Assembly: GCA_030704615.1 (NCBI GenBank)
Contig: CM060734.1
Span: 10,478,001 to 10,542,000, forward strand
DNA: 64,000 nt
Origin: Takakia lepidozioides
Lineage: Eukaryota > Plantae > Bryophyta
Reading direction: 5' to 3'
Shown: one piece after another, positions 24,505-38,711 of the stretch
How positions within the stretch are numbered: position 1 is the stretch's first letter
How the letters are laid out: each line of letters opens with the position of its first letter
Notes under the pieces: model-generated
Databases searched by the model: none
Told to the model about the DNA's origin: nothing
What the model saw: the letters and a program-made list of their open reading frames with translations, nothing else
Position numbers and translations under genes: made by a program

Positions 24505-27010
24505 GATAAAGATGTGTTAGCGAAGGCCAAAACGGGCACTGGCAAAACTGTGGCTTCTCTGGTATAGTCTGTCTCTTTGACTTCACTAGTATTTTGCCTG
24601 AAGACTTTAAACATGCTTACATTGAGGGGTTAAAAGCACCAAACTAAGTGGTCACTTGTTGGGGTCCTGATCAGCTACCAGCGATTGAGACAATCGTGAA
24701 GACCAGTAACCCTCAAGGAATTCCAGGGGGGAATCCAATCAATGTTGTTGTAATATGCCCCACCCGTGAACTCGCAAACCAAGAAAGCCAAAATGTTGAT
24801 GACGTTTCAATGTGGACTCGGGGTGCATTTGTGATTGGTGGGACCAACATGAATACGGAGACAAAGAGGTGCCAGGTAGGTTCCTCTCACCTCCTCCCCT
24901 TTTCTCCTTTTGTCTCCCACCTGATTTGCTCTTCATGCTGGGCATAAACACGACCATCTGCTTCAGCCTCTGTTCACAGAGAGTGAGAGAAGACTCTGTG
25001 TGAAGCCATTTATCAAAATGAGGTAGGCCTCTCATCAAGATATGTGCAAAGGTGACGGAACCTCACATGTGCTTTTTGACAATGTTAAGGTGCTAGTGGG
25101 GACGCCGGGAAGGTTACTTGATCATATCCAGACCAATGCGGATGTGCAAAAGCAGTTGCAAGGTGTTAAAAATGCTGGTACTGGTTGAAGCTGATCAATT
25201 ACTGGATATGGGCTTCCGGAAGAGCCTTGGCATCATTAAGGTTTTGCCACGGCATCAGCAGACTCTTCTCTTTTCCGCAACTGTTCCCAAGGAGGTCTGT
25301 TTTCTCTCTGTGGGTGTGCTTGTTATAGATTTTCAAGTCAAGCATAACAAGAGAAGATATCTTCAAATATAGACTGATTGAAGGGAAACAGACTGGAAAT
25401 AGTAACAGGAAGTTGGTTGAGTTGTGCAGGCAGGTGTTTGATGCAACAATGGTTCTCATGTTACTGATCAGCTGTGTATAGATATCTTGCAGTTTCACAG
25501 TATGTCCCAAATTGCACTCAAGAAGGACCATGTTTTTGTTGACACCGTTGGGCAGGAAGATGAGGAGACACATGCCAAGGTGTCACCTCGACGACCCCTT
25601 AACTAGGACAATTGAAGTATAGTTTATATTCTTTCCAACCTTCGATTTTTCAGAACTCAGTTGTCCAAATCATTTTCGGCACTGAATGGTCCCTTTTAAT
25701 ACCCTTGTTCAACCCAACAGGAGTAAGAATGCAACCATACATACCTGCTGATGAACCATTCATGTCCAATAAGTGGATTATATAATGTCACACCTGTGAG
25801 ATGATCCAATTTTTGCGGTGAATCAAGGCCGGTGTGTGCATATTTTGTGGCTTTTTGTCTGTCTGCAGTAAACTCTCACAAACTGCCAACTTCCAGTTTT
25901 CACTGAACTCAAGACTATTGCACCCTCAGATCTGTTTGATGAAGACTTCCTATGATTTTGATTGCATACCTCTTGTATGGATAATGTAGGTTAAGCAGGA
26001 ATATCTCATTGTGCCCTTGGAGAAGCAGTTGGGAGCAGTATATTCTCTGCTCAAGAAGCATGCCACCGACGATCCAGACTTCAAGGTATGTCATGAAAGC
26101 CCTTTCTATATATTCTTCGCATAGCTTTCACATGAAAACACTTATGTGGATGGGAAGAGATGTACTCTGGAGACTTTGCTTTATTGGGCCTTGTCATATA
26201 CCTGGTTCAAATGGAGCATTGCTGCCCAATACTGTCCTCTCAATCTACTCCACAAACTTGGTATGTTTGTCTCTCAAATACCTGATCTGTACATAGGCTA
26301 GGATTTGGGAGGGGCATAGACCTTTTGACTTGTAAGTCAATCCCCAGTGGAAACAATTACACACCTGTCTGCCATTTTTTACTTCAGTTTGCAGCATAAT
26401 ATTAAGCCTTATACATGCTTAAATACATTTGAATAGGTGGAGTAAACAAGACAATATTCTTGATATTTGGGAAGTGAATGAAGGATCTGCTAGAGCTAAA
26501 TTGGGATCGTGTTGATGGGATGCAGGTGCTTTGTTCTGTACAACTGCTCTTGTAGCAGCCTTGATGGCAGAGCTGTACAAGAAGTTGGGCTTGAACACAT
26601 TCGGGTGGTGTTATCATGTTCACCTCTGATGTGTCTGCTCGGGGTGTTGACTACCCTGATGTCTCTCTTGTCCTTCAGGTAAACACCTCATGTAGGGTTA
26701 CTGGGCCTTGCTGTGGGGTGGGAATCTGTACAGAATTCAGTAGAACTACCCTGTTTGCTAAGGTCTGGTTCAGTCGGCTTGATGATTTTGGGACTACCTT
26801 CCTTTGGGATACAATGATGCCCTCATTACTTCTGTGAAGACCTGTTTAGGTGAGGTGTGAGGTGCTCCACTTGGTATCCTGCGACTTCTCTATTGAGCTT
26901 TAGGGTCCAAAATAGGATCGGTTCATGCAGGTGCATCATCAGATAAAGTTTTTGGGCTTGAGCAGGTGGGGATACCCGCGGGACGGGAGCAATACATACA
27001 CAGATTGGGA
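24505..27010 (+). pseudogene. DEAD-box RNA helicase (Mss116/plant RH25-26-31-like) pseudogene
   Basis: Spliced exons encode KDVLAKAKTGTGKT, ICPTRELA, GTPGRLLDH, VLVEAD (DEAD mutated), LLFSATVPKE, TSDVSARGVDYPDV and QYIHRLG. Frameshifts, internal deletions, and no N-terminus. Confidence 0.9.
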
Positions 27011-27419
27011 CAATTTTAAGACTGGAATCCGAAATCAAACATTGCATGCCTATGTAGGAGTCCAAGTTCTCCAGCAACTACAGGAAAGAACACAGCGGTC
27101 CATGTTTTCATGTCTACCGTGTCAACATCATTTGTTGCATTACAGCTGCACAATGAAAGATCACCAATTCCATAGCGATAGTGCAAGTCTTGGTCTTGAA
27201 TTTGGATGAACTTGTTCCTTTGAATTGTGCAGACTCTGCAGGTAACTAACAGTGAGGTGAGATCTCATATGTGGAAATGACTTCCTTTCAGATTATATTG
27301 CTGCAAAGTTATGCTCTCCTTCTAATTTTTTTTGTAGCCTATGCTGTCTGCTCCACTAAATGCTGAACTGAGGTTCTCCACTCAGTCCTATCCATGCACC
27401 CTGACCATTTTGCATGGAA

Positions 27420-27960
27420 AGTTGCACGGGAGGGACATGTAGGCCAGAAAACGTTTGGCAAGACCAAACTGGACTGCTCATAACAATACCTGACTAATGA
27501 GATGCCTCAAAAGGCCGAGAAAGTGCAATACAACACACGGCACTTCGCAAGCTGCAATTCAACATGGCACTTTGCAAGTTGAATGCGAGAAGCTTTCTGG
27601 AACCAGCAAGAAGTGGTCGGGTTTCGGGGATAGAGACCCTGCGCTGAATCCAATACCACAGACAAAGATGGCAAATACTGAACAGGTATCAACAAGCTGC
27701 ACGGATGCAGGATGCCTAGACACGGCCCACAGACTCCACAGATGTCCCAAGCAATTCTTCCGCAACATGGATGCAGCTGCTATCCATTGCATTTCCAAGG
27801 AATGCGGCAGCAAAAGAATGGAGGTCACGCCTGCATTTCTACAATGCACTGCACCACGCACTCAATCGCAGATGTTGCTGGTCTGCCATGGCCTCCTCCT
27901 TCATCTCCTCTTTCGTTTTTGCAGTGTCCTCGCTACTGTTTTTAGCCTAAAAACCCAGAC
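27420..27960 (+). mobile_element. Possible degenerate LINE C-terminal (zf-RVT-like) remnant
   Basis: IPQTKM...STSCTDAGCLDTAHRLHRCPK resembles the CxxC...HxxxxC knuckle of LINE ORF2; weak. Confidence 0.3.
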
Positions 27961-28527
27961 CCCAATGTGACGATCAGAGTGGTGGTTTGAAGTGATACCT
28001 AGGGGTGGGGAGTTACGGTTTTGCTACCTGCTTGGCTCACTCCTGAAGGTGAAGGGGAATTCATTGAGGAGTTGGAGCAGGATCAGCCCTGCAGCACACA
28101 CTACTTGCAGTGAGGGGGATAATCTCTGCATTTTTTTTGTGTAGGCAGGGATCACTGAAGGAGATAGGAATGGAGTCTGGGTGCAGATCAATCCCAGAGG
28201 ACTAGATGTCAGAAACAAGAATATCAATGAGCCACTATGGATTGATAGCCACAAGAAACCTGGGCAAATGTCTGCAGCTAGTGCTGCTGGATGTGGATTG
28301 CAAGGGTACTTCCCAGTATAACAGCTTCTCTTTCACAAATGTAGATTGGCAGAGTTGTGATCTCTCCGTCAGTTGCATGAGGTGTTTTCCTGAGTTATTG
28401 CACTATGATTTTTATGAGGGGAGACGGAGCGACTAGAAGCCTTCTCATGATTGTTGACGAGTGTAGGAGCTTTGAGATGTATTCTGAGTTGTAGTTTTAA
28501 GGTTTGAAACCAACAGTTATGACTCAT

Positions 28528-29845
28528 GCAGGAAGGCAGGGTTGCATCAGGCACAGTTTTTTGAATCAGCCACCTCCATCATGACCTCTAATTCTGAAAG
28601 GCGACCAAGGGAGGGAGTCTATAAGAGCTCTTCTAGAATTTATGGGGATTTGAGGTCACTATGTATGGCTGGACAACTGAAAGATGCACTGCACATTCTG
28701 AACCAAGGAGGCATTTCAGTGGATTCCAGTACTTACATCTACCTTTTGCGGGAGTGCAGCAAATTTGAAGACCTTGAAATGGGAAAGCAGGTGCACAACC
28801 ACTTACATCCTCCAAGCTAAAATCGCTACAGATATCAACTTAGAGACTACCCTCGTGGATATGTATGCCAAATCAGGGAGCATGAAGGACGCCCGTAGAG
28901 TGTTCGACAATATGGCTCATCACAATGTGGCCTCATGGAATGCAATGATTGCAGGCTATGCTCAGCATGGGTGTGGACGTGAGGCCCTCCGACTATTTGG
29001 ACAAATCCAACAGGAGGGCTTGAAACCCGATGGCATTACCTTTGCGTGTGTTCTTTCTGTATGTAGCCATGCGGGTCTAGTGGATGAAGGCTGCCATTTC
29101 TTTGGTTCCATGAGTCAAAATCATTGCCTCACACCTGCAGCAGAACATTTTGGCTGCATGGTGGACCTTCTTGCCCGTGCAGGCCGATTGGATGAGGCAG
29201 AGATCTTCATCAACAGAATGCCGATTGAACCAGATGTTGCAGTGTTGGGGGCCTTTCTGGGTGCCTGCAGAGTTCATAGCAATGTGGAGGTAGCCGAACG
29301 TGTGGCAACGTTGCTTTTCAAAACGGATCCACAGGATGCTGCAAGTTATGTGCTGCTCTCAAACATCTATGCTGCTGCTGGAAGGTGGGACGATGCAACA
29401 AAGATTAGGAAAATGATGCATGATAGAGGTATTAGAAAGGAGCCTGGGTGCTGCTGCATTGAGGTGGACAACCAGGTGCATACTTTTGTTGTAGACGATA
29501 ATGTGCATCCACGGATTGAGGAAATCCATGCTGAGCTCAAACGATTGTCTGGGAGGATGAAGGATGCCGGGTACATGTCTGACACACAGTTTGTATTGCG
29601 TGATTTGGAGGAGCGAAAAGAATTCTCTCTGCCATCACAGTGAAAGGCTGGCCATTGCTTTTGGTCTGATCAGCACACCAACAGCGATGCCTATCCACAT
29701 TATCAAGAACCTTCGTGTATGTGGTGACTCCCACACCGCCACCAAGTTCATCTCAAAGATTTCTGGGTGAGAAATTGTTGTGCGGGATGCCAACTGCTTT
29801 CACCGCTTTCAAGATGGGGTTTGTTCTTGTGGGGAATACTGGTGA
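28528..29845 (+). pseudogene. PLS-class PPR-E-DYW RNA-editing factor pseudogene
   Basis: LVDMYAKSGS...[51 protein letters not shown]...[10 protein letters not shown]...DGVCSCGEYW*. Frameshifts at ~28805 and ~29610, an internal stop, and CxxC changed to CxxS. Confidence 0.95.
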
Positions 29846-30299
29846 AACAAGCAATATACAGGAAGGCATCACTTGAAACACAAGACGAAAAGGCAGAACC
29901 AATTTGTGATTGGTTATGACAGTCGGTACTTCTCTTTTGTGAGCTGCCCATGGTTATATTCACCATTCCGGTATGATACTTCAACAGCAGCAGCAAAGTC
30001 ATAGAAGACCTCCTTTCACAGTTGACAGTGTCACATGAAGAAATCCTGAATTCGCTTTTCTGGGACTCTAACTGGTCATGTCTGAGCATTCCGCGATGCA
30101 AGGGCTTATCCCAGTGGGAGCTGCGTAATCGGCACCCTAATTACACCAGTTGAGTGTCATGCCCACCAAAGAGTGAAGGAGAAAAGAAGAAAGAAGGGAG
30201 CTTTTCCTTGCTTGCTGATCAGCAGAGATTTTGAGGCACCTTGACTACTTTCGGAAGAGGGCAAAGAGAGGGAGTCTGCAAGAACTCTCCTGGCACTTG

Positions 30300-31280
30300 G
30301 GAGGACGTGAGGACACTATGTACAGCAGGAGAACAGAAAGATGGCACTGCACACTCTTAAACCAAGGAGGCATTTCAGCTGACTAACACACTTATGCCTA
30401 TATCTCTTGCAGGAGTGCATCAAGATGATAGGCAGAGGGAAAGCAGGTGGATGCCACATTATTGAAAGTGGATCACGCCAAATATAGTTTATACGACACT
30501 GAGGCCGACATATATATGAAGTGCAGGACCCTCATGGATGTGTTTTTGTGGACTACTGGTGGGGGCATATTCCAAGCTTAGATGTGGCAGGGAGGCTTTG
30601 AGATCTATGAGAAAATGATACTGGAATGGGTAACGCCTGAGAGCGCACGTTTGTTTCTAGCTGGGACATGCAAAGACACTCATAAAAGCCAGCGTTGGGT
30701 GAGATATCATTCTGGAGACAAATTTCAAACCATGAAGGATGCATGTGATGTGTTTGACCATATGGCTCAAGGCCAGTGATCTCATGGAATGCAACGATTG
30801 CAGGATATACTCGGGATATGTTCAGCATGAGTGTACCAGGGAGGCCTTCAAGATTTATGAGAGATTGATGCGGAAGAAAGCCATGCCAAACCAAACAATG
30901 TCACATTAGTGGGATCCTCAAGGTGTGTGCCAATTGAGAAGCCCTCAAAAGGGCAAAGAAGTCCAGGCTCACGGCATTAAGGCCGGAGTTAAGCCAAATA
31001 TATTTATGCTGAATTCCCTCACCAACATTTATGCCAAATGTGGGAAAACAAGGTCTTGAGTCCTGCTGACACTATGGCTGCATGAAATATGGTCTCATAG
31101 AATGTGATGATTGGAGAATATGGTCAGCATGGGTAGTGGTATGGAGGCATTGGAAACCAATGAAGAATTAATAGGGGAAGAGGGCCCACTAGGTCACCTT
31201 CATTTGCATATGCAAACTTGGCAGCCCTGGAAAAGGGTAAAGAGGTCTATGCTGATATCATCATAGCCAGATCACTCCGG
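30300..31280 (+). pseudogene. Highly degenerate PLS-PPR pseudogene fragment
   Basis: Nucleotide similarity to 28650-28960 (GCACTGCACA...AACCAAGGAGGCATTTCAG) and broken motifs such as MKDACDVFDHMA, ISWNATIAGY and NIYAKCG. Confidence 0.75.
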
Positions 31281-32366
31281 AGAATATCGAATTTGGGCCT
31301 ATCGACCCATTTGTACATGTACTGACCTGGTTGGTGTTTACTGTTGTGAACCAGGGAAAAGAAGTACAGGCTCTTTCCCATACCTATATCAACACCCGAC
31401 CTAGGGGAAAGAAAAGACCATGCACCTTATGCTACTCCTTATTGAGTTGATGGTTCATGTGGCCATGAAGAAGACATGGACCGTTTGAGGGAGTATGAGG
31501 GTGCGATTGGTGAGGGGAAGGGGAGAGGCAGGTCAAGGAGTTTTCCTGTGTTGGCAGACAAAATGACCAACGACCATGGGGATCTCAATCCATGTTTGCC
31601 AACGATCAGGCTTAATTGGTGAACAAGTACAAACTATGCATATGAATGAGAAGGGCTGTTGCACACAATTTTCTTTTCTATGTATACTTGGAAGCTTGTA
31701 AGTTGATCTGCGCATTGCCACAATCCACGGACTGGATATGTGGATCCGTGCTACAATCCGGTTCAAGGGTGCAGGAAATACTATCCCTGTAATATACTAT
31801 CTCTGATATAACAATCCAGTTGCTGCAAGCTCTAAATTAGCTTCCAAAAATGGCAATACTGCAAGTACCATATAACGCAATCACATAAATGTATGTTCTC
31901 CCTCATGCATGAAGTGTGCCATTCCACCAGGCAATCTTGAAGTCACCTTACAGCTATTCAGTCCCTCACTACTATTAGGGCCCCTTTTATAAAGCCAGCC
32001 CTCAAAAGATGAAGTATTCCAGCTGCAGGAAGTGGTCGGTAAACACACTAGCGCCTTTCATGTTCATCCTGGACCATAAGCTAGATACAGGCATCCACAT
32101 TTCAAACCAAATGACCTTCACATTCTGAGTCAACACTCTCAGTAAAATGTCGAGTTTGCCACTGTAAACTAAACACCAGTTTTTCAGTTATGGAGGCAGA
32201 GCCCTTGCAAATTGAAACGATTGCAGCAAGCTCCACGTATCAGCTGGCAGAAGACACCTCCGTCAAATAATTTTGTAAAAGTGACAGTGGAGGATGAATA
32301 ATGATGTTTTTGCCTGTTATGCAATGGCATCCTGGCAACCCTCTTGTGAGATCAACATAGGCATCA

Positions 32367-34061
32367 CTACAACACTTTCGAAATACCTCCCCTTGAAACC
32401 AAAGCAGCAGCCGCAGTTGCCGCGGTTGGTACGACCCCTGTCAATACACCTGGCTTTGACAAGTGTAGCAGGCTGCACATTCGCCCAAAAACAATCAAAG
32501 AACTCTGTTTCAGTAATACTGAATAGATGCTTGAATGCACACAATTTAACTCTTGTCATCATATATATCCCATATTCTCCTTCACCTATAGATATACCAT
32601 CCTTACCTTCAATCTGCTAAAGGAAACCAAGATACATGATAAAAGTGCTACAAATGAAATGTAAAGCAACAGGATTGGAAGGGAAGACGTACGGGGCCAG
32701 AAACTCGGCCAAGGAGGAGATGGCACCAACAACTTCAGAGTAGTTGTCAGGGGAAGCAGGAGCTGTGAGCTGCACCAAGTGCAAGCCAGCTGTGACAGGT
32801 ATTGCCTCATCCAGTGCATGCATCTTGGGCAGCCGATTGATGGCTATCACACTCACAGTGATGGTCACATTGATGGGGACAGTTCGATGAACCTCGAAAG
32901 CAAAACCAGAACGCAGCAGTTCATAGTCCAACTTGTAGCCAAGAGCGTATAAGAACCGCAGCGAATTGTTGCTAATACCTGCCTCCAGCACAGGCCGCAC
33001 CAGAGCTGGCAGCTGCTCTGCACCTGCTCCTCTCATTGCCCCGCCCACATGCCGCACCGTCCTGTGCAACAACCTCCCTTTCACCTATTTCATTTCCACA
33101 TAAGGAGAACCAACTGCCCAAATCTGCAATAGGCAGACCATATAACAGCAACATGTATAATAAACAACAAAATCTGCTAACAAGGATTACTTGTAAGCCA
33201 TGATATTGATGCATATTGACCACCGTAGATGAATCATGCACTCCACAATGTTCATTCAAAGCAGAGGCACCTCTTGATGCTACTAAGGTACATGCAGCCA
33301 GCAGCAACATGGGCAAACACACACAAGGCAGTTTTGAATCTTTTGAACATGTCTGACATAACCCTTTGGCAAAACAGTAAGCATCGTCACTAAGTAGAGG
33401 TCCATGCCAAGCCAAAAACAAGGCACTTACCAAACAGGTTCTGGTTGAGATAGAGAGCACAGCAGATGAACCTCTGATGCCACCGAACCTACAACAATTT
33501 TTTTTACATAGATCACCTTCAACCCACTGTCAAACCACCCCAGACTAGCCATCCAAGTTCTGTTGAGGTTGAATGCACTCTGCAGGAAGAAACTTCAACC
33601 AACTTTTAATTAGACAAAAAGGAAGCAGAACCGACCATGAACAATCAATTATTGTCTGCAACGAGGTACAAGTTACAACCGAGTTGAAGCTGAAACACAC
33701 CCAAATTTGGTCCACTTTTGAGACATATCTCATGGATCTTCATAGTTTCTCGACGGCCTCCACAGAGACCCTGCAGCAAAACCTCCAAAGCATCCACATG
33801 CTGTTGGACACAAAAATGTCATCAGTAATCTGGCAATAGAAGAAGAGCATGCACAGCTCAATCCAACACGACACACGCCAAAGACAAACCATGTTTCATC
33901 AAGGTGCAAGAAGTAAGCTACCTAGAAAGGCCCCACAGGCTGTCCGTAATGTCCAGACCATTTTCATAAAACCGAACACATGCTCCCATCCAAAGCAGAA
34001 GCAACAAAGGGAGGGAACATAACACCTGCGTTTCTACGATGCCCTGCACCACGCACTCCAT
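32367..34061 (-). CDS. MED18: Mediator complex subunit 18, apparently intact (5 exons, 222 aa)
   Basis: Exons 34061-34026, 33800-33701, 33488-33431, 33061-32693 and 32472-32367 total 669 nt, with GT-AG introns throughout. Translation MECVVQGIVETQHVDALEVLLQGLCG...WTVRHVGGAMRGAGAEQ...LLHLSKPGVLTGVVPTAA matches plant MED18. Confidence 0.93.
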
Positions 34062-34339
34062 CGCAAAATCTTCGAGTCTCCCCTGTCTCTCGCAATATCC
34101 TCACTACTGTATTTAGCCTCTAACACATTCATCCATGTAGATCCACCTGTGACCTTCGAATCCAGAGAGTCCTCGAGAGCCGAGAGCAGAAGAGAGCACT
34201 TAGCTCCTTCATAACTTAATTGGGTGCACAAGCATAGTCTATCCTCCCCATCACCTTCACTGTTTCCGGTTCATCCAAGCAAAAGAACCCAATACCTCCC
34301 AGTCTTATTACCATTGCTCGTTTTGGCTTCCGGCATTCC

Positions 34340-35402
34340 TTCTCTCCCACACGCACAAGGATGACAGCATGCGCGCTCCTGTGGGCGCAAATTCAGATGC
34401 CGTATCCAAGGCGTTTGTCTCCGCCTGGAGGAGAAGGGGCGGGAGAGTTCACCACATCACGCAGCAGGCTTAAAGGTCAGGCTGTGAAGCTGAAATAGGC
34501 ATCCACCTTGGCCATGTGCGCGACACCCTTGCACGTGATGGCTATGGCGCCTCCCCATCCTGCAGTGAAACCGAAGTCAGGTGTAGGTATGTAACGATTT
34601 GCGCGATTCTTTGTGTTTGTACACTGTCTTCGTTGCAGCAATCCAGGTCGACTATGGGGGAAGTTCGTAGGCATGCGACTGTAGAGGGATGTGAGATTGA
34701 TCCACGCCCTTGTCCTCCTTCCAGAAATATCTCCTAAAACCTCTAGGTAGTAGTGTGTTTATCTTCTTTACATTCGTTGTCTGAGAATAGCCCTGTTTTG
34801 GGGAAATTATCCATCAGAGGCTCAAGGTTATGCCAGAGTTCGCTGTAGTTCCTCGGACCGCGCAGTTTTTGCGGGCAATTCACCACCGCGGGGGCATTTG
34901 TTTAACAGTTTCTATCGACGATGGTATGGAAACTCCGCTCACAAACTCCCGAGCAACGACAATCCGATCACATGGTGATGAAGGAAAGGCGTAGGCATCA
35001 CTTTATCTATCGTTTGTGGATATTCAGCACTGCCGCACTACTCCCGCAGGTGCCCAAAATTCACAACCAAAAGTGGCATTTGGGGTGACTACGCTATCAA
35101 ACAGCCACTTCTTGGTCGGTGGGTGGCGCAGGTGTGTCTGCTTGCATTTGGCCCGAAGGCGGATGGAGGCTGCCTTGCCTTTTGTCAATCTGTCCAGGGC
35201 AGTGGCTGCAAAGTGGAATTTGGGGGAGTGGGTAACCAGCCCCAGATATCGGTAGGATTTGACTATCACCACCTCCCGATTGTTGAGGAAGAATCTGCGG
35301 TCGGCCTGCCCATTGAAAACCATGATCTTGGTTTTCTAAGGTTGACTTGCAACCCATAGTCATTGGAGAACTGTTCCAAGATGTCGAGATGGCGTTGTAG
35401 GA
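34340..35402 (-). mobile_element. Decayed LINE 3' fragment (end of RT, thumb and C-terminus)
   Basis: LQRHLDILEQFSNDYGLQVNL.KTKIMVFNG...SYRYLG...LFDSVVTPNATFGCEFW, frameshifted; right edge clear, left edge approximate. Confidence 0.75.
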
Positions 35403-35784
35403 AGATAGGAGAAAGAAACAGGAAAGAAAAGAAGAGATGATTAAGATCATTCTTGAAATAAATACCACCTAAAAAACCAGGAGGATTATGTTTTTGGCCG
35501 CATTATGTACTACCACTCCAGTGAAGTTGGCTATTAAAGCACCCGCATATACATGACTTTCGAGAGCTATTTCTGGGGTTTCACATACCAGGGTATTAAA
35601 CTTGGCCTGAAATTGCGTAGAACTTGCATACATCAGAGGACAATCCACAACATGGCTCATTTAGTGAAAATACAAGGCCTGACATATGTCATACCAGAGA
35701 ACACTAGGTTGATTCCAGCTGAGAGAAGCACATACAGAAGGGCAAAGTCAGAAACAAAGATGCAGCTGAACAGAGGATAGGGAC

Positions 35785-36599
35785 CTGGTCCAGAAGCTCC
35801 TGCAAGAGGTGCATCACGCACTTGGCCACCAAGACAATGCACCCCTCTTGTCTCTGCTCCGGCCCTTGTTCCCTTGACCCTAATTGAGAGATCTGAGAAA
35901 GAAGGGGACGTGCCTGTTGCCATGGCCAAAACCAACAGCCTCCCACTAATCACGAGAAGGCATCTAAAAGGTGAAATCATGCATGAAATCGGCCTTCATA
36001 TCAACTTAGCACACAATGATATCCTTCAAAGCTCAGTGTTGACATCCTTATGAAGTAAGTATATTGAACCAAGACTAAAACCTTAGGATTGAAGTGCCAA
36101 CTGGTCAGCTAGGAAGTGCTCAAGTCTTTTATTCAAAGCATCTACTCTCCGCCACCACTGAAAATATATTGGGGCAGAAATTACCCGATCCAGAAGGTGC
36201 CTTGCCATGTCGACAGACCTCGCAGAAGCCATTGCAACATCAAGGCAGAGAAGGACCTGAGACAAATTGGGCATGCCAATTTCAGTTCTAAGAAATTCTT
36301 CAACTTCCAATCATAAGAGACTCTCTTCCTACCTCTTACACAACAGACATACTACATGTAGATGCTTAGTAGGATACTGGTCAGCAGAACTCTACAGAAA
36401 GTACATATTCAGAAAAGCTGCCGAAGCAACCATAAATTATGGTTTCTCTTTCATACCCATATATAAGAAAATTATGAGGTAGTCGGTATAACAGTTTTAC
36501 ACTAGCAAGGGGTGCTAATGGTGCACGAAGGGCGGCAAAATTGAGAGCCTCATCTGTGCTCGATGATCCCTCTGCAACTCGAGAGACTGCATCATCCAC
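35785..36599 (-). pseudogene. Three exons of a plant ZFYVE26/spastizin-like gene, inverted relative to the rest
   Basis: AG/GT-bounded phase-0 exons 36599-36501 (VDDAVSRVAEG...LAPLAS), 36256-36185 (VLLCLDVAMASARSVDMARHLLDR) and 35913-35785 (ARPLLSQ...HLLQELLDQ). Confidence 0.75.
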
Positions 36600-37400
36600 C
36601 TGTCAATACCAATGGCAAACCAGCATCCCGATCATGTTGTTCAAACAGTAGTTATAGTCCTAAGGGTCAAAATCATTTCCAAGAGTGGCTCCCTCCCCAG
36701 ACATCAAGCAATTGAGGAAGAGGCCGCATGTAATTGGCAGTCCTCCGTGCAGCTCCTTCAACCTTGCTTAACCTGTGTGTTCTCCAGAGTCCATTTGGCT
36801 CTTCTTGATGTTCAATCTCTCTTCCCACCCTCTCTCTAAGGTGCTCGTGGATGTGTGGTTGATTGTTGCCGTGAGGATAAAGTAAAAGTTTCCTTATATC
36901 CAGGAACAGGAATCTACCTCCTAAGATGGACGGGACAACCTGGTAGATTGAACTGTAGTAGTAAACCCTCTCGGTGGAGCATCGCTTCTTCGGGTGGTCT
37001 GCATAAACAGGGGCAGATTTGCTGTCTTTAGAGACAATCCGAAGTGCAGAGCGTGCTGCCTCCACGAGGCTTTCCGCCTTACTGTCACGCTTGATTAGTT
37101 CTTTGGTTCTTCTCTTACCTGTCCATGGGCAGTTTGGTCTTCCTGTGGCTATATTAAACTCCCTACAGTTTGATTTTTCTTCTTGTTTCAGTGGTTCTAC
37201 TGCTGGTATCCTTGTCCCATGGCCCTCCCCTTTAAGTTCAAAGTATAAAGTTCATCTCTCTGTTCCAAAGCCCCACAGGGCCTTCTGTTTAAGTAATGGA
37301 GCCCTTTCTCCTTCAGGCTTTTCTAGCATACCTACTTCCCTCCCTGAGTTTTCTCTCCAGAAGAGATGGTTTCTGGTTACTCATGAGGTGGCTGGTGCAG

Positions 37401-37524
37401 GTGCGTGCAGCAGGCTCAATATGACCTTGGAGAAGAGGCCGTGCACCGCTTTGGATTGCCCCCAGAGGAGGCAGCCTCGCTGGAGCTCGCTGAATGGGTG
37501 GATGGTGCTGTAGCAAGAGCATCT
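37401..37524 (+). pseudogene. Isolated exon of the ZFYVE26/spastizin-like gene
   Basis: AG|G TGC...TCT|GTATGC encodes CVQQAQYDLGEEAVHRFGLPPEEAASLELAEWVDGAVARAS, the segment I recall immediately preceding VxDAVSR in plant homologues. Confidence 0.72.
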
Positions 37525-38711
37525 GTATGCACTTTGACATACCCTGAGTTTGTGGTCATTTAGTCAGTCTAGGAGCTTTCTGTTGGGTTTTTGGTGGGTT
37601 TTGGAGGTTTTTGTTTATTCTTGGACTGAAATTTTAATGATGCAGACTGATAGATGATGTTCATGTGCGTGAGCCAGCGCCAACTGGTTCAAATTGTTTT
37701 CAGGTAAGTGTGAATAAGTTCTGTACAGGGTCAGAATGTCAGGCTTGCAATCTTCCCCTGGGGTACAATTAGCTTGTGCTGCCATCTCCTCTATCTTCCC
37801 CAATTAGAGAATTTGATGTGAATCAAATTTCGTGTGAAATTGAGAAAGAAAGATTGACCAAGCAATTCTTTCAAAGGTTCTTGGAGTTGCCTGACGGTTG
37901 TAAGGAGAATATTATCAAGAGAGTGCATGATGCTGATCCAGAATGGGGCCTAGAGAAGGGGTGATAAAAATCTATCAAGTAGCTTGTAAGGGAAGAGCTA
38001 GATGGATACCAACATTAGTTTATGTGATAGCATTGCTATCTATCAATCGAGTAGAGTTTGAAAGTTGGGAGGAAATAAGAGTGAACGTTTACACTCACAT
38101 GCATGAAGAGCTTGCTTCGGTAAAGAACTGGATCCCCAAGGATATCAAGTGTGGATCAAGCTTACACCAAGAACAGCCTTTGAACCAAAAGAAACCAATT
38201 GAAAATAGTTTTTCTTTGTATTTGTTTCTATTTAAGGTCATATATTATATTTATAGAGCCTCTTTGGCCATATCTTTGTCATATGAGCTCCGTTTGACAC
38301 AGTTTTTGAGGGGATAGCTATAGAAAGGGGAAATCTATCTGGTTTTAGTTTTTTGGACTCTGCTAAAAATCTATGGAATTTATCAAAGCTTCCAATCATT
38401 GGCAGCACATGAATGACAACATGATTAGAATAGAGAGGGTTAGTGTCAATCATGACACTAACGTTGCACAAATTCTCTGCAGAGACCTAAGTCTTCATGG
38501 AGATTGCGGCGATGATGCTTTGGACGCCTTTAGAACAAGATCCATCTCCTTTCCAACTCCCAGAGATGCTGCCAGGTTCTCCGTGACCCATGTAGAATAG
38601 AAACCTTCCATGTTGTCAGAGAGAAGCCAGCTTGTGAGATTGTCTAAGGTGGAGTAGATTAGCGGCGTAATGCAGATCGCAGCCTTCTCCTTGGAGTAAC
38701 CAAAACCTGAA

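Noticed and set aside
36620-38500. Several 60-160-aa ORFs around the isolated spastizin-like exon
   Set aside because: No recognisable motifs; likely degenerate TE fragments that I cannot classify.
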